Below the pieces are notes generated by a model that saw only the letters and a list, made by a program, of their open reading frames with translations, was not told the origin of the DNA and made no database searches. Positions 53,727-64,000 of a DNA stretch of 64,000 bases are shown here, one piece after another. Position 1 is the stretch's first letter. Each line of letters opens with the position of its first letter. Origin of the DNA: the human T2T-CHM13v2.0 reference genome, Homo sapiens; assembly GCF_009914755.1 (NCBI RefSeq), contig NC_060931.1, one strand, 5' to 3'. The translations under genes and the position numbers were made by a program.

Positions 53727-54297
53727 AAAGCTAAAAGTAGATCTACCAATTGATTCAGCAATTCCACCACTGGGTATCCACCCAAAGGAAAAGAGATCAT
53801 TATATGAAAAAAATACCTGCACACTAATGTTTATAGCAGCACAATTTACAATTGCAAAGATGTGGGACCAGCCTAAGTGCCCATCAGCTAATGAGTGGAT
53901 AAGGCAAATGTGGTATATACATATACCACGGAATACTACTCAGACATAAAAAGAAATGAAATAATGTCTTTTTCAGCAACTTGGATGGAGCTGGAGGCCA
54001 TTATTCTAAGTGAAGTTACCCAGAAGTGGAAAACCAAAAACTGTATGTTCTCACTTTCTAGTGGGAGTTAAGCTATGAGTATGTAAAGGCGTACAGAGTG
54101 ATATAATGGAGTTTAGAGGTTCAGAAGTGGGATGGTGGAAAGGCGACTAGGGATAAAAAAAAAACTACATGTTCAGTGCAATGTACACTACTCGGGTGTC
54201 GGGTGCAAGGAAATCTCAGAATTCACCACTATATAATTCATTCACGTAACAGAAACCACTTGTACTCCAACAGCTGTGGAAATAAAAATTTTAAAAC
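53727..54297 (+). mobile_element. L1PB 5'-truncated 3' end
   Basis: PB-type 3'UTR; 12-bp TSD aactctttaaca at 53715-53726 and 54298-54309. Confidence 0.9.
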
Positions 54298-55631
54298 AAC
54301 TCTTTAACATTGAAGAACAAAGGAGGAAAACTTGGTTTAAAAAAATAGGCAAAAGACATAAACAATTCAACAGATATAAATATATCTTTAAACATTACAA
54401 GATGTTCAAACTCTGTCATTATTAGATAAAGGCAATTTATAATACCACCTTTAAAAAATGCTACCTTTGAATGTTACCATTTCATAACTATTAAATTTGT
54501 GAAAATTTAAAAAGCATGAATAAGAGCTTTTGGTGAGACTGTGGGGAAACAGATACTTTCATGCATTGGGATGGCAAATTGGTAAAGCCCATATGAAGGA
54601 GAAGATGGCAAGATGGAACAAAACTACACATGCACTTACCTTTGACCCAGAAATCTCACTTCTAGGAATCTATGCTGAAGATACATTTCTAAGAGAAGAA
54701 AAACACACTTGCACAAGTTTATTCATCTCAGCATTATTTTAAATTGTAAAATATTGAAAACAACCTAGATGCCCATACATAGCAGATTAGTGGAATACAC
54801 TAAGAAAAATTCACACAAGGGAGTACCATGCAGCTGTATAAGTAAATACAGGAGATCTCAATGATCTGATATGGAGAGAGTGCCAGAATACATTGCTTAG
54901 TGGAAAAGACTGGTTTTACTAGTGTGCTACCGTTTATGTAAGAAAGCAGAAGAAATAAGAACATATATATGTATTTGCCCAGGTATGCACAAATCAATAC
55001 AGGAAGAATACGTTTGAAACTAAGATTAGTCACCTACATAGGGTAGATGGGAACAAAGTGGATAAAAACAAGAAATGGCAACACAGTGTAAGGGATAAAG
55101 GGGTTCCACATCTGAGTATGATTTTCTGTCAAGTTCTGACTTTCAGAATCATAATCATGTTTCACATACTAAAAATAAACAAATCAATAAACAATAAAAA
55201 TCAAAATGAAAATACAGTAAAAAATATTGTAGGGGAAATCCCAAATGAAATATATCAACAAATAAACCTAATTGAATTACAAATGAATAAAATAATCAAA
55301 CAAAGAGGTGGGAAAGAAAAGAACTAACTTAAGTAACTCTGGAAAATGGTACTTGGCTGTATTTTAAAAAGGTAAATTACAAAAGAACTGTACACAAACA
55401 TTATATATTCTAGTTGTTTGTAAGTTTGCTTTTCACAGAACTCTGGATTAGCAATTCTGAAGTTATTTTGAGTGTTCTAAGATTGAGCAAATAAATAAAA
55501 TAGTATGAATAACAAAAGCCAATTTTATCACTGTTACAGAATGGAATAAGGCTGGGGGAATAAGAGAATAAACTATTGTGAGATGAGAAGTAGAGATATC
55601 AATTTGAACTTGGGATCAATATGAACTCAAA

Positions 55632-55633
<2 letters not shown>

Positions 55634-55666
<33 letters not shown>
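55634..55666. repeat. (TG)16 microsatellite
   Basis: Directly visible. Confidence 0.95.
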
Positions 55667-55669
<3 letters not shown>

Positions 55670-56104
55670 TATGCATCTATATTCTTAGCTTTATCTATGT
55701 TCTAAGGACTAGGAGTAATGACACTCCAGTACCAACTAGCACATTCAGTAACCATATACTGGTTTCTAAACATCATTCTCCTATAAAAAGAAACAACAAT
55801 CCTTGGAGAAATAGCTAATTCCAGGTGTGAGTAGGGAAGATGAGCCTGGAATATCTTGTAGTGCCAGAAAACAAGGTAAGGAAGTACTCAAAATATAATA
55901 AGGACATGTCAAAAGGATACACTGGCCAAATTCAAGGGGCTCCCAATGGTCAAATATGAGATAATTTGGGTAACAAAATAAATGTCAGTAGTAAGAGATT
56001 GTAACGAACAGAATAAAATAACTATCCCTGAATCCATACTGATATAAATAATTGAATAGGTAATTAAAGTGGGGAGGAAAATCTCTTTCTCACAATTGAA
56101 TTCT

Positions 56105-56472
<368 letters not shown>

Positions 56473-57082
56473 TAAGTGTAGAAGGAAAGATGAAAATAGA
56501 AATTACCAGTTGACAAACACCAGAGTATTAATTGTAGGCAAGAATCATCAATAGATCCTAAAATTACTGGGGTTAATATTCTGAGAAAAAAAATATTTGC
56601 ATAGCCTCAAAGTATATCCCCATGAAAGAGAGAAAGTAATAACTTCGTAGGGAAGAAACCGTACCTTAACTATGTGATCAAAGACAAGATCACGAATAAC
56701 AATACATATTGACATCACATATCTCCCGGTATGATGCTCTGAGAAGATACAATGCTGCTTTTGTGGTATTCTTGCCAAATACATATAACCTGAATTTATC
56801 AGAAGAAAACATCAGACAAACCCAAATCGAATACATTCTATACAATAACTAAATAGTATTCATCAAGGTTATGAAAGACAAAGAAAAACTGAGGAATTAT
56901 CCTAGATGGGAGGATACTAAGGTGATATGAAAACTTGATTCTGGAACAGAAAAGGACATTAGTGATTCAAGTGGAGAAATCTGAAGAAGGTCTCTAAATA
57001 GTTAATACTATTAAGGTTAATTCCCTATAATGTGGTTATGAAAGGTGTTAACATTAGAAAAGGAAGCTATAAGAATTCTTTG

Positions 57083-57210
57083 AGCCTGGTGCAGTGGTGT
57101 GTGCCTGTAGTGTCAGCTACTTGAGAGACTGAGGTGGGAGGACTGCTTGAGCTGAGGAGTTCAAGTCCAGCCTGGGCAACAAAGCAAGACCCCATCTCTA
57201 AAATTAAAAA
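57083..57210 (+). mobile_element. FLAM_A-like Alu monomer
   Basis: gcctgtagtgtcagctacttgag...ggagttcaagtccagcctgggcaac; TSD aattctttga/aattctgtga. Confidence 0.85.
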
Positions 57211-57459
57211 AAAAAATTCTGTGACATTTTTTGCAACTTTTTTCTAAGTTTGAAAATGTTTCAAACTGCAAAGTTAAAAAGTAAAAAAAGTATTCCTTTT
57301 TAAAGGAAAAAAAGGGTTTACAATGTTCCCACCAACATATTCTCCAGGAATTGAGTTTTCTTTCCAACAAACAGCTACTCAACAGTTTCTCATACATTCT
57401 TTTGAAGGTTTTCTATATGAATACATGTATGTTCATCATATGTTTATACATGTATATAT

Positions 57460-57934
57460 TAGAGATCCTCCCATAAAAGTGTATCTCATTTTTAATGGCT
57501 GTATTATATAGATTCTCTATATTACACATATTAATTTAATTAGCAATACTTATGATGTTTCTAATATTTTGGTATTATAAAAATACTGCAATGAATGCTT
57601 CATTTCCTATATGAACTAGTACTTGCAGTTGTAGTACAAACTTCCAGAAGTGGAATTTCTGATTCAAAGTGTATAAAAATTTTAATTTTTGTTGACATGG
57701 CCAGTTGGTCTCCATGGGTGATGTACCAATTCATATTCCTACCGCCACTGTAGGAGAGTGCCTTTCTTCATGCTGTTATTAACACAGAGCATAAAATGAT
57801 CTTTGCCAATATGATGGGTGCAAAACATATATTGTAGTTTTCATACGCATTTCTCTTATTGTGAATCAAGTTAAGGCTTATTTCACATATGTAAACTCCA
57901 TTTGTGGCTGCTTTTCTGTGAACTGTGTATTCTT
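57460..57934 (-). mobile_element. L1ME fragment (target of the L1PA insertion)
   Basis: ccagaagtggaatttctg...gtaccaattcatattcc...; continues briefly after 63166. Confidence 0.65.
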
Positions 57935-58151
57935 TTATATATATATTTATTTACTTTAAGTTCTAGGGTACATGTGCACAATGTGCACGTTTGTTACCTA
58001 CGTATACATGTGCCATGTTGGTGTGCTGCACCCATTAACTCATCATTTACATTAGGTATATCTCCTAATGCTATCCCTCCCCACTACCCCCATCCCAAAA
58101 CAGGCCCCGGAGTGTGATGTTCTTCTTCCTGTATCCAAGTGTTCTCATTGT

Positions 58152-61633
<3,482 letters not shown>

Positions 61634-61875
61634 GAAATTTCCAGAGGAACGATCAGACAGCAGCATTTGCTGTTCGGCAATGCTTGCTGTTCTGCAGCTT
61701 CCGCTGCTGATACCCAGGCAAACTCCAGCAGTGGACCTCCAGCAAACTCCAACAGACCTGCAGCTGAGGGTCCTGACTGTTAGAAAGAACACCAACAAAC
61801 AGAAAGGACATCCACAGCAAAACCCCATCTGTACATCACCATCATCAAAGACCAAAGGTAGATAAAACCACAAAG

Positions 61876-62887
61876 ATGGGGAAAAAACAGAGCAGAAAAA
61901 CTGAAAATTCTAAAAATCAGAGTGCCTATCCTCCTCCAAAGGAACGCAGCTCCTCACCAGCAATGGAACAAAGCTGGATGGAGAATGACTTTGACGTGTT
62001 GATAGAAGAAGGCTTCAGATGATTAAACTTCTCTGAGCTAAAGGAGGAAGTTTGAACCCATTGCAAAAAAGTTAAAAACCTTTAAAAAATATTAGACAAA
62101 TGGTTAACTACAATAACCAATGTAGAGAAGGCCTTAAATGACCTGACGGAGGTGAAAAACATGGCACGAGAACAATGTGACGAATGCACAAGCTTCCATA
62201 GCCGATTCGATCAGCTGGAAGAAAGGGTATCAGTGACTGAAGATGAAATGAATGAAATGAAGCAAAAAGTTTAGAGAAAAAAGAATAAAAAGAAACGAAC
62301 AAAGCCTCCAAGAAATATGGGACTATGTGAAAAGACCAAATCTACATCTGATTGGTGTACCTGAAAGTGACAGGGAGAATGGAACCAAGGTGGAAAACAC
62401 TCTGCAGGATATTATCCAGGAGAACTTCCCCAACCTAGCAAGACAGGCCAACATTCAAATTCAGGAAATACAGAGAATGCCACAAACATACTCCTCGAGA
62501 AGAGCAACTCCAAGACACATAATTGTCAGATTCACCAAAGTTGAAATGAAGGAAAAAATGTTAAGGGGAGCCAGAGAGAAAGGTTAGGTTACCCACAAAG
62601 GGAAGCCCAATGGACTAACAGCTGATCTCTCAGCAGAAACTCTACAAGCCAGAAGAGAGTGGGGACCAATATTCAACATTCTAAAAGAAAAGAATTTTCA
62701 ACCCAGAATTTCATATCCAGCCAAACTAAGCTTCATAAATGAAGGAGAAATAAAATACTTTACAGACAAACAAATGCTAAGAGATTTTGTCACCACCAGG
62801 ACTGCCCTACAAGAGCTCCTGAAGGAAGCACTAAACATGGAAAGGAACAACCGGTACAAGCCACTGCAAAAACATGCCAAATTGTAA
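61876..62887 (+). pseudogene. L1 ORF1p remnant with stops/frameshift (inverted segment)
   Basis: atggggaaaaaacag start; KRPNLHLIGVPESD...RATPRHIIVRF; ends aaattgtaa. Confidence 0.92.
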
Positions 62888-62950
62888 AGACCATCGATGC
62901 TAGGAAGAAACTGCATCAACTAAGGAGCAAAATAAACAGCTAACATCATA

Positions 62951-63151
62951 ATGACAGGATCAAATTCACATATAACAATATTAACCTTAAATGTAAATGG
63001 GCTAAATGCTCCAATTAAAAGACACAGACTGGCAAATTGGATAAAGAGTCAAGACCCATCAGTGTGCTGTATTCAGGAAATGCATCTCACATGCACAGAC
63101 ACACATAGGCTCAAAATAAAGGGATGGAGGAAGATCTACCAAGCAAATGGA
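62951..63151 (+). pseudogene. L1 ORF2p N-terminal 67 codons (endonuclease start)
   Basis: MTGSNSHITILTLNVNGLN...KIYQANG, then the TSD. Confidence 0.92.
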
Positions 63152-63371
63152 GAACTATGTATTCTTATACTTTGATTATTGAAGGGGGGTTGATTATTGA
63201 TCTTCCTTTGCATTATTTCCTAATTTAAGAACAAACTGGAAAAAAATATCTTTATTGTATCCATTTAGCAGATAAACAAATAAAGACTCAAGAGGGAAAG
63301 AAAATTTCCCAAAGTTAGAATGTTATTTGTAGAGGAGCTGAGATTCTTATATATGGAGTATATGAACCACC

Positions 63372-63557
63372 ACACCTGCTACCCAAAGTGTGACCCCTCA
63401 GACCAGCAGCAATGGCACCATCTAGGTGCTTGTTACAAATGCAGAATCTCAGGTCACTTCCTAGGCATAGCAATCAGAATCTGCATTTTAACACAGCTCT
63501 CAGGGGAGAGAGAATTGTACCTTCTTCATGTGTACATTAAAGTTTGAGAAGCTGCTC
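63372..63557. mobile_element. MER5A/B hAT-Charlie MITE
   Basis: ctacccaaagtgtg...aaatgcagaatctcagg...aatcagaatctgcattttaaca...cattaaagtttgagaagc. Confidence 0.82.
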
Positions 63558-63589
63558 TAGAGTGAATCAGTAAAGGATAGGAAGCACAG

Positions 63590-63980
63590 ACTTTTTTATT
63601 GGGGTAAAATGGACATAAGCTGTACATATTTAAACCATGCAATTGGATAACTTTTGCATATGATTTTATCCATGAAAACATCCTCACAATCAAGCGAGTG
63701 AACATATCCATCATCCTCCAAAGTTTGTGTCTTTATAGTTGCTCCCTCCTGCCACTCTTCCAAACCTCTTGATTCCCAGGCAATCACTGATCAGCTTTCT
63801 GTCATTATCATTTACATTTCCTAAAATTTAACATAAATGAACTCATACAGTATGTACTCTTTTTTTTTCAGTATTTGCTCTTTTGTATCTGGCTTCTTTT
63901 ACTCAGCATAATAATTTTCAGATTCATCCATATTGTTGCACATATTAACACCTCATTTCTTTTTGTTGCTAATTAGTATT
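63590..63980 (-). mobile_element. L1MB/MC/MD-type 3' end
   Basis: ccaggcaatcactgatcagctttctgtc...tctggcttcttttactcagcataata...gattcatccatattgttgc. Confidence 0.8.
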
Positions 63981-64000
63981 TGTTTGGAAAAATCAAATTT

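Overview
This is primate (very likely human) non-coding genomic DNA, roughly half of it interspersed repeats: Alu/FLAM, L1PA/PB/MA/MC/ME, L2, MIR, MaLR/ERVL/ERV1 solo LTRs and Tigger/Charlie DNA transposon relics. I find no credible host protein-coding exon, RNA gene, CpG island or CRISPR-like array. The only ORFs with real protein homology are L1 ORF1/ORF2 and Tigger1 transposase remnants. I cannot support a novel gene system here. The notable content is rearrangement scars readable from the sequence. (1) An old local duplication (offset 2043 bp) splits one THE1 LTR, its TSD and its host MIR between two copies, and has a 101-bp identical core. (2) A ~41-bp patch inside an Alu appears copied from an L1PB 2.4 kb upstream. 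(3) An Alu sits in the loop of a ~50-bp inverted repeat. (4) A 5.2-kb L1PA has a twin-priming inversion. (5) An internally deleted Tigger1 has its catalytic-motif fragment relocated next to the 3' end. (6) There are several fold-back micro-insertions. Repeat subfamily names come from my recollection of consensus sequences, not from a search, and boundaries of old repeats are approximate.
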